The notes: a model not told the origin generated them from the letters alone. DNA of 47,313 nt from an uncultured Gammaproteobacteria bacterium (GCA_964446775.1 CAYURA010000002.1:1-47313), one strand, 5' to 3'; shown: positions 35,254 through 44,919, numbered from the stretch's first letter. Numbers and translations: made by a program.

Positions 35254-37785
35254 ATGTTCGAATTTTCATCTAGCGCTTTCCAAGGTCCATCAGATCAATT
35301 AATTAGCTCATTAATTATAGTGCTAATAATTTTAGGTATTTTAATAGTACTAACCTTAATTATTCGTTTGCTTGTGAGGCAAGCAATGGTCAACAATAGT
35401 TATTTTGATCATCAAGTATTTTTAATTAAATTGCCTAAGGAAAAGCCAGAGGATGAAAAAAATAATAGTGATTCATTACAACAAATAAGAGAAGAAATTG
35501 CAAAAGGAGAAACCATTTTTGCTAGTATTGGGGGTTTAAAGGCACAAAGAGGTATTTCTGCTTGGTTTTTAGGGAGAAATGACCATTTTTCTTTTGAAAT
35601 TGTAGCTTATAATAATAAAATTGCTTTTTATGTAGTATCACCACGTGCTATGTCACGCTATTTAGACCAACAGATAACGGCCTATTATCCAGAAGCTGTG
35701 ATTGAAGAAATCGAAGATTATAATATTTTCAATGCCTATAGCAATATTATGAGTGCTTCATTAAAAACAAAAAAAAATTATATTTTACCCTTGCGCACCT
35801 ACCAAAAGATTGAAGTAGATCCTCTTAACTCTTTAATTAATGTCATGTCTAAATTAGATAAAGATGAAAGTATGGCAGTCCAATATATTGTTCGTAGCGC
35901 TAAAGGTTCTTGGCATGGTGAAGTGAGAAAAGCTGTCCGTAGAATTCAAGCAAAAAATTCAGTTAGTGCCGGAATTCATGTTAATAAATTTTCTGAAATA
36001 ATGTCTCATTTAACTGAGATATTTTCTGTTGCAAGTAGTAAACCAAAGGACCCTAATAGTCAGGATGCCCAGAAAAGATTATCAGCCGTGGAAGAAGAAA
36101 CTTTAAAGTCGATTGAAGAGAAAAATTTAAGAGCTGGACTTGATGTTAATATTCGCATAATTGTTGCTACCGCCAGTAAAGAGCGCTCAGTGACTTATTT
36201 AGAGAATGTGGCCAGTACTTTTACTGAATACAATAATTATAGTTATGGCAATAACTTTTCTCGAGCGATAAAGTCTAATCAAGAAAAATTAATTAAAGAT
36301 TTTATATATCGTCGTTTTCGTGAAGAAATGTCGTTTTTATTAAATACTGAAGAGCTCACTAGTATTTTCCATCTGCCACTAAGACATATGGAAACTCCTA
36401 ATATTTTATGGTTAACAGCTAAGAGTGCCCCAGCTCCAGCAGATCTCCCAAGTGAGGGCTTGCTACTTGGAAATAATTTCTATCGCGGAGTTAACAAAGA
36501 GATAAGGATAAAGGGCCAAGATAGAAGGAGGCATACCTATATTGTTGGTAAATCTGGTGTTGGTAAATCCGTGCTATTAACCAATATGGCGGTCCAAGAT
36601 ATTCAAAATGGTGAAGGTGTTTGTGTTCTTGATCCACATGGTGATTTAATAGAAGATATTCTACAGAGAATACCTCCAGAGAGAGCTGAAGATGTGGTAA
36701 TTTTTTCACCTGCAGACACTGAAAGGCCATTAGCTTTAAATCTACTAGAGTATGATCCTCGTTATCCTGAACAAAAAAGTTTTGTGATTAATGAAATGAT
36801 CGGAATTTTTGATAAATTATATGATTTAAAGCAGACTGGTGGCCCGATGTTTGAACAATACATGCGTAATGCTCTATTACTAATTATGGAAGACCCTGAG
36901 AGTGGATCTACTTTAATGGAAATTCCCAAAGTCCTTTCAGATGAAAATTTTAGAAGTTTGAAACTATCTCGTTGTAAGAATAGAACTGTTGTCGATTTTT
37001 GGAGGAAAGAGGCTGAAAAAGCAGGCGGTGATGCTGCATTAGCTAATATAGTCCCTTATATTACCTCTAAGTTAACTTCTTTTATTTCCAACGATATGAT
37101 GCGCCCGATTATTGGCCAGCAGAACAGTTCTTTTAATTTTAGAGATTTAATGGATCGCCAAAAAATATTATTAATTGATTTACCAAAAGGCGTTGTGGGT
37201 GAGATGAATGCCTATCTTTTAGGCATGATTGTTGTGGGTAAGATTTTAATGGCTGCCTTATCGAGAACAGATATACCAGGAGAAGATCGAAAAGATTTTT
37301 ATCTTTATATTGATGAATTTCAAAACTTTACCACCGATTCAATTTCACAAATTCTATCTGAGGCAAGAAAATATGCGCTTAATCTAATCATTGCGCATCA
37401 ATATGTTGGTCAATTGACTAAAAATAATAATACGGAAATAAAGGATGCGGTGTTTGGTAATGTGGGCACAATGATAAGTTTTAAAATAGGTACCGAAGAT
37501 GCTGAATTTTTAGTCAAAGAGTTTTCTCCAGTTTTTAACGCTTTTGATTTAATAAATATTGATAAAGGGACTGCTTATATCAAATTATTAGTTGATAATA
37601 GTGCAACTCGTCCTTTCTCTATGAGAACTGTTTGGCCTTTGATTGGCGTGGCTCGTCCTGAATTATCTAAAAAAATTAGGACTTTAAGCCGCTTAAAATT
37701 TGGTCAAGATCGATCAATAATTGAAGCAAATATTATTAGAAGGACTGAGAATATAGTCTTGCCTAAATCAACTTTAAAAGAATAA
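35254..37785 (+). CDS. membrane-anchored TraD/VirD4-like (type IV coupling protein family) P-loop ATPase with a novel N-terminal module
   Basis: TM helix at aa ~17-40. Walker A GKSGVGKS (aa 432-439, nt 36547-36570) is followed by VLDPHGDL. Walker B is YLYIDEFQNF (D687/E688). ARKYALNLIIAHQYVGQL resembles the TraG/TraD C-terminal motif. Confidence 0.75.
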   Translation: MFEFSSSAFQGPSDQLISSLIIVLIILGILIVLTLIIRLLVRQAMVNNSYFDHQVFLIKLPKEKPEDEKNNSDSLQQIREEIAKGETIFASIGGLKAQRGISAWFLGRNDHFSFEIVAYNNKIAFYVVSPRAMSRYLDQQITAYYPEAVIEEIEDYNIFNAYSNIMSASLKTKKNYILPLRTYQKIEVDPLNSLINVMSKLDKDESMAVQYIVRSAKGSWHGEVRKAVRRIQAKNSVSAGIHVNKFSEIMSHLTEIFSVASSKPKDPNSQDAQKRLSAVEEETLKSIEEKNLRAGLDVNIRIIVATASKERSVTYLENVASTFTEYNNYSYGNNFSRAIKSNQEKLIKDFIYRRFREEMSFLLNTEELTSIFHLPLRHMETPNILWLTAKSAPAPADLPSEGLLLGNNFYRGVNKEIRIKGQDRRRHTYIVGKSGVGKSVLLTNMAVQDIQNGEGVCVLDPHGDLIEDILQRIPPERAEDVVIFSPADTERPLALNLLEYDPRYPEQKSFVINEMIGIFDKLYDLKQTGGPMFEQYMRNALLLIMEDPESGSTLMEIPKVLSDENFRSLKLSRCKNRTVVDFWRKEAEKAGGDAALANIVPYITSKLTSFISNDMMRPIIGQQNSSFNFRDLMDRQKILLIDLPKGVVGEMNAYLLGMIVVGKILMAALSRTDIPGEDRKDFYLYIDEFQNFTTDSISQILSEARKYALNLIIAHQYVGQLTKNNNTEIKDAVFGNVGTMISFKIGTEDAEFLVKEFSPVFNAFDLINIDKGTAYIKLLVDNSATRPFSMRTVWPLIGVARPELSKKIRTLSRLKFGQDRSIIEANIIRRTENIVLPKSTLKE

Positions 37786-37795
37786 ATATTTAAAT

Positions 37796-39391
37796 ATGTC
37801 AGTTCTATATCGCAATTATCGGCCTCAAAAATTTAGTGATATTTTGGGTCAAAATCATCTTAAAATTAGTCTGCAGAATGAAATCGTTAGTAATTCCTTA
37901 GCTCATGCTTATCTTTTTTGTGGTCCGAGAGCGGTTGGTAAAACAAGTATGGCTAGAGTTCTGGCTCAAGCAGTTAATTGCGAAAAACGTAAAGAAAATC
38001 AATATGAACCCTGCGGAGAGTGTGGTGCGTGTTTAAGCATCAGACAGGGCCGAGCTCTAGATGTTATTGAAATTGATGCAGCCTCTAATACAGGCGTAGA
38101 CAATGTGAGAGATAATATTATTTCTTCTGTAAGAGTGACGCCGAGTTATTTAAAGATGAAAGTTTTTATCATCGATGAAGTACACATGTTGTCAACGCAA
38201 GCATTTAATGCACTTCTTAAGACTCTGGAGGAGCCACCGGCTCACATTATTTTTATTCTTTGCACAACTGAAGCACATAAGGTGCCATTAACTATTATCT
38301 CACGCTGTCAACGTTTCGATTTTAAGCGAATTAGCCAATCAGAAGTGATTAAGAAATTACAAAAAATTTCTTTACAAGAGAAAGTAGATGTAGACATTTC
38401 AGTTTTGGAGAGTATCGCTAAACAATCCGAAGGCCATTTAAGAGATGCTGAGAGCTTATTAGGCCAAGTTTTAGCTTTGGGTGAAAATAAAATAACTTCC
38501 GCAATGGCAGAATTAATCTTACCTAGACATAACCAGCATGAAGCTCTAGATTTGATTAATGCTTTATATCAACGTGATGCAGCTACAGCAATCTCAATTC
38601 TTAATAATTTAGCTGAAAATGGAATTAATTTTAAAAATTTTTTGGCAGATCTACTTTTGATTTTAAGAAAAATAATGCTGCAGAAATTACAACCAGGATT
38701 AGCTGTTAGCTTGGGTCTAGATCTTGGTGAGCAATTAGAATTAAAAATTTTAGAAATATCTCGGAATATAGAGATAGAGATGACTCTAAAAATTATACGA
38801 AGTTTTATTTCTCTATCTAAAGATAGTGCTAGTTCTTTTAATCAGCTAAGTTTCGAGCTTACTATCGCGGAACTTTGCTTACCAACAAAGACGGAGATGA
38901 TTTACCCTTCTGTAGTGAAAAGAGATGGCGAGCCTCATATTAATGAATCAAAAGTTGTGGAAATAAAAAAAGATTCAGCCAAGAGAGATGCTGAAAAATC
39001 TGTTAATTTAAGTGAGGCTGAAGTTCAAACTTTATGGCCCGAATTGTTGATTAAAATTAAAAAGTATAATCATTCTTTGTCATTCATAATGCAGAATTGT
39101 CAAGCATCAGCTATTAAAAATGGACTTATTACCCTAATATTTAAATACAAATTTCATCGAGACCGCGTGACGAGCAAAGACATAAAGCAGATTACTGAAG
39201 ATGCTTTAAAAGAAGTTTATGGTGGACAAATAGATATTGAAGCTGTCCTGGATGAGAAGTTAATTGTGCTTAATAACGAGTCAAAGCTAGATGATGAACA
39301 AGAAGAAAATATGACATCTAAAGAAGAAAAAATAAATAATTCAAGTTCATTAACTAATCTATTGGCAAATTTTGGTGGAGAAACATTATAA
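37796..39391 (+). CDS. dnaX: DNA polymerase III subunit gamma/tau
   Basis: YRPQKFSDILGQ, GPRAVGKTS (Walker A), Zn module CEKRK..CGECGAC, IIDEVHMLS and SRCQRFDF motifs. Confidence 0.9.
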   Translation: MSVLYRNYRPQKFSDILGQNHLKISLQNEIVSNSLAHAYLFCGPRAVGKTSMARVLAQAVNCEKRKENQYEPCGECGACLSIRQGRALDVIEIDAASNTGVDNVRDNIISSVRVTPSYLKMKVFIIDEVHMLSTQAFNALLKTLEEPPAHIIFILCTTEAHKVPLTIISRCQRFDFKRISQSEVIKKLQKISLQEKVDVDISVLESIAKQSEGHLRDAESLLGQVLALGENKITSAMAELILPRHNQHEALDLINALYQRDAATAISILNNLAENGINFKNFLADLLLILRKIMLQKLQPGLAVSLGLDLGEQLELKILEISRNIEIEMTLKIIRSFISLSKDSASSFNQLSFELTIAELCLPTKTEMIYPSVVKRDGEPHINESKVVEIKKDSAKRDAEKSVNLSEAEVQTLWPELLIKIKKYNHSLSFIMQNCQASAIKNGLITLIFKYKFHRDRVTSKDIKQITEDALKEVYGGQIDIEAVLDEKLIVLNNESKLDDEQEENMTSKEEKINNSSSLTNLLANFGGETL

Positions 39392-39401
39392 ACTTTATTT
39401 T

Positions 39402-40664
39402 ATGCTAGATGTAAAATTAATAAGAGAGAAGCGAGTCAAAGTAGAACAAGCTTTGTTTAAAAGAATGAAGCCTGGAAGTTTTGATTTAAATATTATTATT
39501 AAATTAGATGACAAGCGTAAAGAATTAATAAATAGAAGCGAGTCTTTGAAGGCTAAGCGAAGGCAAAATTCAAAAGTCAAGCCAAGCACTGAGATAATTT
39601 CTAGTTTAAAAAATATTGGTGATGAAATAAAAAAAATAGATACTCATTTAAGTCAAGTAGAGGATGATTTAAAAAAACATTTATCAGCTTTACCTAACCT
39701 ACCAGATGAAGATATTTTAGCGGGTGGAAAAGAGCATAACCAAGTAGTTTATACTTATGGAGAGCAGCCCAGATTTGATTTTAATTTTAAAGACCATATT
39801 TTCTTAGCAGAGGAACTAAACATGATTGACTATGATAGAGCGGTAAAAATTTCTGGTTCAGGTTTTTGGGCCTATCATAATTGGGGGGCTTTGTTAGAAT
39901 GGGCTTTATTATCTTATTTTATAGAGTATCATCAACAGAATGGATACACTTTTATTATCCCCCCTTTTCTATTAAATGAAGAATCTGCATACAGTACGGG
40001 TCAGTTACCTAAATTTGGTGATGATTTATTCTGGACGCAAGATAAATTATGTTTAAATGCTACCAGTGAGATGATGTTAGGCAATTATCATCGTGGTGAG
40101 ATATTGCCGGTTTCACAATTGCCCTTAAAGTATTTTGCCTACTCACCTTGTTTTAGGAGAGAGGCTGGTAGTTATCGTCAGTCGGAAAGAGGAATGGTCC
40201 GCGGTCATCAGTTTAATAAAGTGGAGATGTTTGTTTTATGTAAATCAGAAGATTCATCAATTATTTTTGATGAACTACTAGAACACGCACAGGCATTATT
40301 GAGCGGATTAAACCTACATTATCAAGTATCTAAATTAGCCGCCGGAGATTGTTCTGCAGCTATGTCCCGAACTTATGATTTAGAGGTTTGGTTGCCGAGT
40401 ATGAATATCTACAAAGAGGTTAGCAGTGTCTCTAAGTCTTTAGACTATCAGGCCCGCCGTGGCCAAATTAGATATAAAAACGAACAAGGTGATAATGTGT
40501 TTGTTCACACTTTAAATGGCTCAGGATTAGCCACAAGTAGGTTATTACCTGCGATTTTAGAACAAAATCAGCGGGCTGACCATTCAGTGCAGATACCAAG
40601 CATATTGAGAAAGTATCTACCAGGCAATCCAAAATATTTTTATCCAGATCAAAATAAATTCTAA
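39402..40664 (+). CDS. serS: serine--tRNA ligase
   Basis: MLDVKLIRE N-terminus with a coiled-coil arm, and class II motifs FRREAGS and NGSGLATSR. The ATG at 39402 is preferred over the overlapping track start. Confidence 0.9.
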   Translation: MLDVKLIREKRVKVEQALFKRMKPGSFDLNIIIKLDDKRKELINRSESLKAKRRQNSKVKPSTEIISSLKNIGDEIKKIDTHLSQVEDDLKKHLSALPNLPDEDILAGGKEHNQVVYTYGEQPRFDFNFKDHIFLAEELNMIDYDRAVKISGSGFWAYHNWGALLEWALLSYFIEYHQQNGYTFIIPPFLLNEESAYSTGQLPKFGDDLFWTQDKLCLNATSEMMLGNYHRGEILPVSQLPLKYFAYSPCFRREAGSYRQSERGMVRGHQFNKVEMFVLCKSEDSSIIFDELLEHAQALLSGLNLHYQVSKLAAGDCSAAMSRTYDLEVWLPSMNIYKEVSSVSKSLDYQARRGQIRYKNEQGDNVFVHTLNGSGLATSRLLPAILEQNQRADHSVQIPSILRKYLPGNPKYFYPDQNKF

Positions 40665-40669
40665 ACCAA

Positions 40670-42673
40670 ATGAGATTTTTTTTAGTTTCTGTCTTTACAT
40701 TTTTTTGTTTATATCTGCCATCTGCAGTTTTTGCCCAGTTAGATTACCCACTTCTAGCTAATTATTTTCTAAAATGGGACATCACTGAGGAAGAGGCAGT
40801 GTCTTTATCTCGTTGGGATTTATTAATTTTAGATATGGAAATTCAGGAAAATCAACCTGAATTAATTAAAAAAATCAGGCAACTCAATCCCGAAATAAAA
40901 ATTTTAGCATATATTACTTCACAGGAAATCATCGATGATGTGACCAGTTATTCAAATAATAAATTAAGACAAAAACTATCTAGACAAATTATTGAAGACT
41001 GGCGCTTAAAAGATCAAACTGGTGCTGCAGTTATTAATTGGCCAAACACATCCATGTTTAATCTGAGTAATGAGGCTGGGAGAAATGAGCATAACCAACT
41101 CTTTAATGAGTTCTTGCCAGAATTTATTAAAGATAATATTTATCATTCTGGACTCTGGGATGGAATATTTTATGATAATACTTGGGGAGACATCTTTTGG
41201 GTTAATAATGGAGACATTGATTTAAATAGAGATGGGAAAAAAGATAAGCCTGAATATGCAGATTTTTTATGGCAAGAAGGATTTAATAAAGTCTTGAATT
41301 CAACCAGAATTTTATGCGGTCCAGACTTTCTTGTAATGGGTAATGGCCGTATCTACTGGCCATATCAATCCTTGCTAAACGGCATGATGTTGGAAGGATT
41401 TCCTTCTAGCTGGGAAAATGGTGGTACTTGGCAAGGATCAATGGAGTCATATCTGAAGTTAGCAGACATTAATCAAAAACCATTTATTCCAGTTATTAAT
41501 GTTTATGAAAATAATCAAGAAAATTATAAGCGTTTCCGTTTTGGTTTAGCTAGCACCCTATTAGGCGATGGTTATTATAGTTTCGATTATGATGTGACTA
41601 GCCACGGCCAGTTATGGTGGTATGATGAATATGATTATCGGTTAGGCACAGCGCAATCAAAAGCGTATAATATTTTAAACAATTCTAGCCAGGAAATTGA
41701 GCCAGGTATTTGGAGACGTGATTTCGAATATGCTTCAGTAATTCTTAATTCAACTAATGAGGCGAAAAGGCTTGTTTTTGATAAAGAAGAATTTGAAAAG
41801 ATTACAGGGAAACAAGACACATTGGTAAATAGTGGTCTAAAAATAAACCACCTTAACTTAGCATCAAATGATGGCATTGTATTATTAAAAAAAATAGATT
41901 TTTTACAGGGAACTAGCTTCACGAATGGGTCCTTTATAAGGATATATGATGATTCGGGGCGACAATCACGAAATGGTTTTTTTTCATATCTTCCTTTTTT
42001 GCCAGCTGGTAGCGATGTCATTGCTGGTCATTTTTTGAATGATAGAGATCTAGATTATATCTACTTAGATAAAGGAGTCTTAAATTTACAGAGAAATGAT
42101 AAAAAAATTTGGAGTATTAGGCCATTTGCCCCTGGTTTCAAAGGCTCTGCGTCGATAGTCGTGGCTGATATTAATGGCGACTCTATTCCAGAAATAATAA
42201 TCGGCGCGGGTCCTGGCGGCGGCCCCCAAGTATTAGTGTTTGACTTTGATGGTAGAGTCTTAATAAATTTCTTCGCTTATGACAATAATTTTCGTGGCGG
42301 GGTTAATGTAGCTGCTGCTGATATTAATGGCAATGGAAAAGCAGAAATTATTACTGGTGCAGGTCCTGGTGGTGGTCCCCACGTTCGTATTTTCGATGAA
42401 ACCGGAAAATTTCTTAGTCATTTTTTTGCTTATGATGAAAAATTACGTGATGGAGTAAAACTTGCTGCAGGCGATTTAGATGGAGATGCAAAAGCTGAAA
42501 TATTTACAGTGGATGCCTCTGGATCAGGGTCGCTTATAAAGATATTTGATTTAAACGGCCAGGAAAAAAATAATTTTCAGGCATTTGATAAAGATTTTAA
42601 AAATATTATTTCTATTTCCTATGCTAATAACCTGAATCAGTCTGAAATAGCTATAGGTATTTCTGAGTTTTAG
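40670..42673 (+). CDS. secreted protein: N-terminal glycoside-hydrolase-like TIM-barrel region plus C-terminal FG-GAP/VCBS repeats
   Basis: Signal peptide MRFFLVSVFTFFCLYLPSAVFA. Three repeats of the type DINGDxxxEIIxGAGPGGGPxVxxFD (nt ~42170-42530). The N-terminal WDLLILDME..ILAYITSQE pattern recalls GHL-type hypothetical glycosidases, a weaker call. Confidence 0.65.
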   Translation: MRFFLVSVFTFFCLYLPSAVFAQLDYPLLANYFLKWDITEEEAVSLSRWDLLILDMEIQENQPELIKKIRQLNPEIKILAYITSQEIIDDVTSYSNNKLRQKLSRQIIEDWRLKDQTGAAVINWPNTSMFNLSNEAGRNEHNQLFNEFLPEFIKDNIYHSGLWDGIFYDNTWGDIFWVNNGDIDLNRDGKKDKPEYADFLWQEGFNKVLNSTRILCGPDFLVMGNGRIYWPYQSLLNGMMLEGFPSSWENGGTWQGSMESYLKLADINQKPFIPVINVYENNQENYKRFRFGLASTLLGDGYYSFDYDVTSHGQLWWYDEYDYRLGTAQSKAYNILNNSSQEIEPGIWRRDFEYASVILNSTNEAKRLVFDKEEFEKITGKQDTLVNSGLKINHLNLASNDGIVLLKKIDFLQGTSFTNGSFIRIYDDSGRQSRNGFFSYLPFLPAGSDVIAGHFLNDRDLDYIYLDKGVLNLQRNDKKIWSIRPFAPGFKGSASIVVADINGDSIPEIIIGAGPGGGPQVLVFDFDGRVLINFFAYDNNFRGGVNVAAADINGNGKAEIITGAGPGGGPHVRIFDETGKFLSHFFAYDEKLRDGVKLAAGDLDGDAKAEIFTVDASGSGSLIKIFDLNGQEKNNFQAFDKDFKNIISISYANNLNQSEIAIGISEF

Positions 42674-42687
42674 TTTTAATTAATTAA

Positions 42688-43776
42688 ATGATTATGAATA
42701 ATAAACTTTTTAAATTTTGGAAGCGTAGGCGTGATCGATTCTATCGTCGGCATAAATGGCAAATAGTCCTGGATTTTTCTTTGATTATCATAATTATTAT
42801 TTTAATAGCAATTTTTATTAGGCTAGTATCATTCAAACCTATTTTAAACAATTTCGTGAAATGGCCGACTTTAAGCTCGACCACACTAGCAATTGATGAT
42901 CAAATATTATCCTTTGATATTATTGTTAGTTTGGATGAAAAGACGATAGCTGTTAATGAAAATATTTCTTGGAAGATTCAATTTAAAAATAACGGTGAAA
43001 AAAATATTAATCAAGCTTATTTAGACTTTATTTTTCCAGATCATACATTTTTAATTGATGAGCTTAGTTCTGATAATAAAGATTTATTAATAAAAAATAA
43101 TCAAATAATAATTAACAATGTTCAGGCTGGCAAGACAATAGATTTCAATGTAGAATTAAAATGGCATAAGAATCAGATTCATGCATCACGATCAATAAAA
43201 AGTAATTTAAAAGCTAGTGTAATTAGTGACGACGGTCATAAACTAGAAAAAATGCTAGTCCTAGAGGAAGTCAAGATTATTGCAGATTTAAAGTTAAAAG
43301 CTGAGCTTTTCTATCATAGTCTTCAAGGCGATCAGCTAGGGATTGGCCCGATTCCACCAGAGGTGGGTATAGCTACTAAATATTGGTTGATTATAAAAGT
43401 TGATAATTTAGATAATCAAATTAACAATTTTATTTTCTCAACTCAATTAGCTGAAAATGTTGAGTTAAGTGATGATTATAGCCTGTTAGCAGGTAAATTT
43501 TCTTATGATAAGGATCGTCGTCTATTAATTTGGAAAATTGATCAGCTTGGATTTGAGGAAAATGATTATGTAGCTAATTTTGCGTTATATTTAACACCGA
43601 CAAAAAATCAGTTAGGAAAAAATGTTGAAATATTAAAGAATATAAATTATTATGCTGATGACCCGTGGTCAGGTACCACTATCAGTGCTCATTTAAATAA
43701 CTTAGATAGCTCATTGCCTGCTGATAAGATTAATAAAGGGCAGGGAATAGTGATCAGCAATGAAAATGCTTACTAA
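42688..43776 (+). CDS. membrane-anchored surface protein, paralog of the 5640..7703 C-terminal region
   Basis: Basic N-terminus and one TM (IVLDFSLIIIIIILIAIFIRLV), followed by an Ig-like segment. GIGPIPPEVGIATKYW matches GSGPLPPKVGEKTSMRV, and LIWKIDQLG matches ITWRLGYLP. Confidence 0.55.
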   Translation: MIMNNKLFKFWKRRRDRFYRRHKWQIVLDFSLIIIIIILIAIFIRLVSFKPILNNFVKWPTLSSTTLAIDDQILSFDIIVSLDEKTIAVNENISWKIQFKNNGEKNINQAYLDFIFPDHTFLIDELSSDNKDLLIKNNQIIINNVQAGKTIDFNVELKWHKNQIHASRSIKSNLKASVISDDGHKLEKMLVLEEVKIIADLKLKAELFYHSLQGDQLGIGPIPPEVGIATKYWLIIKVDNLDNQINNFIFSTQLAENVELSDDYSLLAGKFSYDKDRRLLIWKIDQLGFEENDYVANFALYLTPTKNQLGKNVEILKNINYYADDPWSGTTISAHLNNLDSSLPADKINKGQGIVISNENAY

Positions 43777-44911
43777 TTATTTAAGGCAACTTATAAAGCC
43801 GAACTATAATACACTTAACCGGATTGAGATTAATCAAACTGCTATTTTAAATAATCTGAAAATTATTCAATCGGAACAAGCTAATTCAAAGATTATACCA
43901 GTATTAAAATCTAATGCCTATGGTCACGGTTTAAAAGAAATTGCCACAATATTAAACAAATCTAATGTAGAAATGGTTGCAGTTGATTCTTTTCCTGAGG
44001 CACAAATTGTTTATCAATATTTTAAAAAGAAGGTTTTAATTATGGGTGAGATGCCAGCCGCAGTGTATAAGTTTTTAGATTGGAAAAGGACTGAAGTTTG
44101 CATTTATAGTAATTATAATTTGCAGAATTTAATGAGTTTAAAAAGGAAAATTAATATTCATTTATTTATTAACACCGGCATGAATCGAGAAGGTATTAAT
44201 GATATCCAATCATTTTTACAGAAGAACGAAAACAAATTTCATAATTTACGGATTACTGGCCTTTGTTCTCATTTATCTAACGCAGAGACAAGTGATGGAA
44301 AAAACAGGGAACAGCTCAGGATATTTTTAGAAAGCTTAGATTTATTAGAAAAAAAATATAAAACTTTAAAATATATTCATTTAGCTAATAGTGCGGGTGT
44401 TTTTAGCCTGCATCATCATCGGCTCAATACTTGTCGACCTGGCTTAGCAGTCTATGGAATAAATCCTTTTAAAGAAGGCAGTCCCTATTTTCAGAAAGCT
44501 TCTTTATTATTGCCCGTTATGTCGGTATATAGCACAGTCATAGCCTTACAAGAAATAAAGGCAGGTGATAGTGTCTCATATAATAATAATTATCAGGCTA
44601 AAAAAGACTTAAAAATTGCTGTTATTCCTTTTGGCTATTATGAGGGATTAGATCGTCGTTTAAGCAATACTGGGCAGTTTAAATTAGGAGCAGATTACGT
44701 TAAAGTTGCTGGTAGCATATGTATGAACATGACCTGTCTTGAATTAGGTAATAAATCTACCATTAAAACAGGGCAGGAAATACAAATTATTTCAGCTAAA
44801 TCTGAGGACCTAAATTCAGTTGTTCAATTAGCAAGAATACAGAAAACAATCAGTCATGAGATTTTAATAGGATTCCGTGATAATATAAGAAAGATTATTG
44901 TTGATAAATAG
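43760..44911 (+). CDS. alr: alanine racemase
   Basis: IPVLKSNAYGHG (PLP lysine), RPGLAVYGINP and PFGYYEGLDR. The start is ambiguous (43760 or 43766). Confidence 0.85.
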   Translation: MKMLTNYLRQLIKPNYNTLNRIEINQTAILNNLKIIQSEQANSKIIPVLKSNAYGHGLKEIATILNKSNVEMVAVDSFPEAQIVYQYFKKKVLIMGEMPAAVYKFLDWKRTEVCIYSNYNLQNLMSLKRKINIHLFINTGMNREGINDIQSFLQKNENKFHNLRITGLCSHLSNAETSDGKNREQLRIFLESLDLLEKKYKTLKYIHLANSAGVFSLHHHRLNTCRPGLAVYGINPFKEGSPYFQKASLLLPVMSVYSTVIALQEIKAGDSVSYNNNYQAKKDLKIAVIPFGYYEGLDRRLSNTGQFKLGADYVKVAGSICMNMTCLELGNKSTIKTGQEIQIISAKSEDLNSVVQLARIQKTISHEILIGFRDNIRKIIVDK

Positions 44912-44919
44912 TGTCGTTT

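Noticed and set aside
34590-37785. A complete type IV secretion or conjugative element around the coupling-protein-like ATPase
   Set aside because: No VirB4-like second ATPase, VirB6-like polytopic protein, relaxase, pilin, integrase or repeat boundaries lie adjacent. The flanks are rpmA, dnaX and serS. Only an orphan ATPase can be supported.
3064-39401. Longer 5' extensions given by the ORF track (3064, 7687, 15436, 16376, 17953, 23356, 24760, 32090, 34172, 39372)
   Set aside because: The extensions start at GTG/TTG or overlap the preceding gene or a terminator. They add residues upstream of the conserved protein N-termini (for example MAHKK for L27, MAKK for L11, MLDVKLIRE for SerRS). The internal ATGs fit the gene spacing better.
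2264-42021. Antisense ORFs in the track (2264..2674, 6887..7069, 8956..9380, 11643..11828, 15134..15337, 16756..17004, 19044..19727, 21879..22136, 26177..26431, 29228..29683, 29977..30180, 34962..35234, 36491..36730, 39395..39589, 41635..42021)
   Set aside because: Each lies wholly inside a longer opposite-strand gene that has strong family motifs. Their translations are low-complexity or hydrophobic, typical of shadow ORFs in AT-rich DNA, and none has a recognisable motif.
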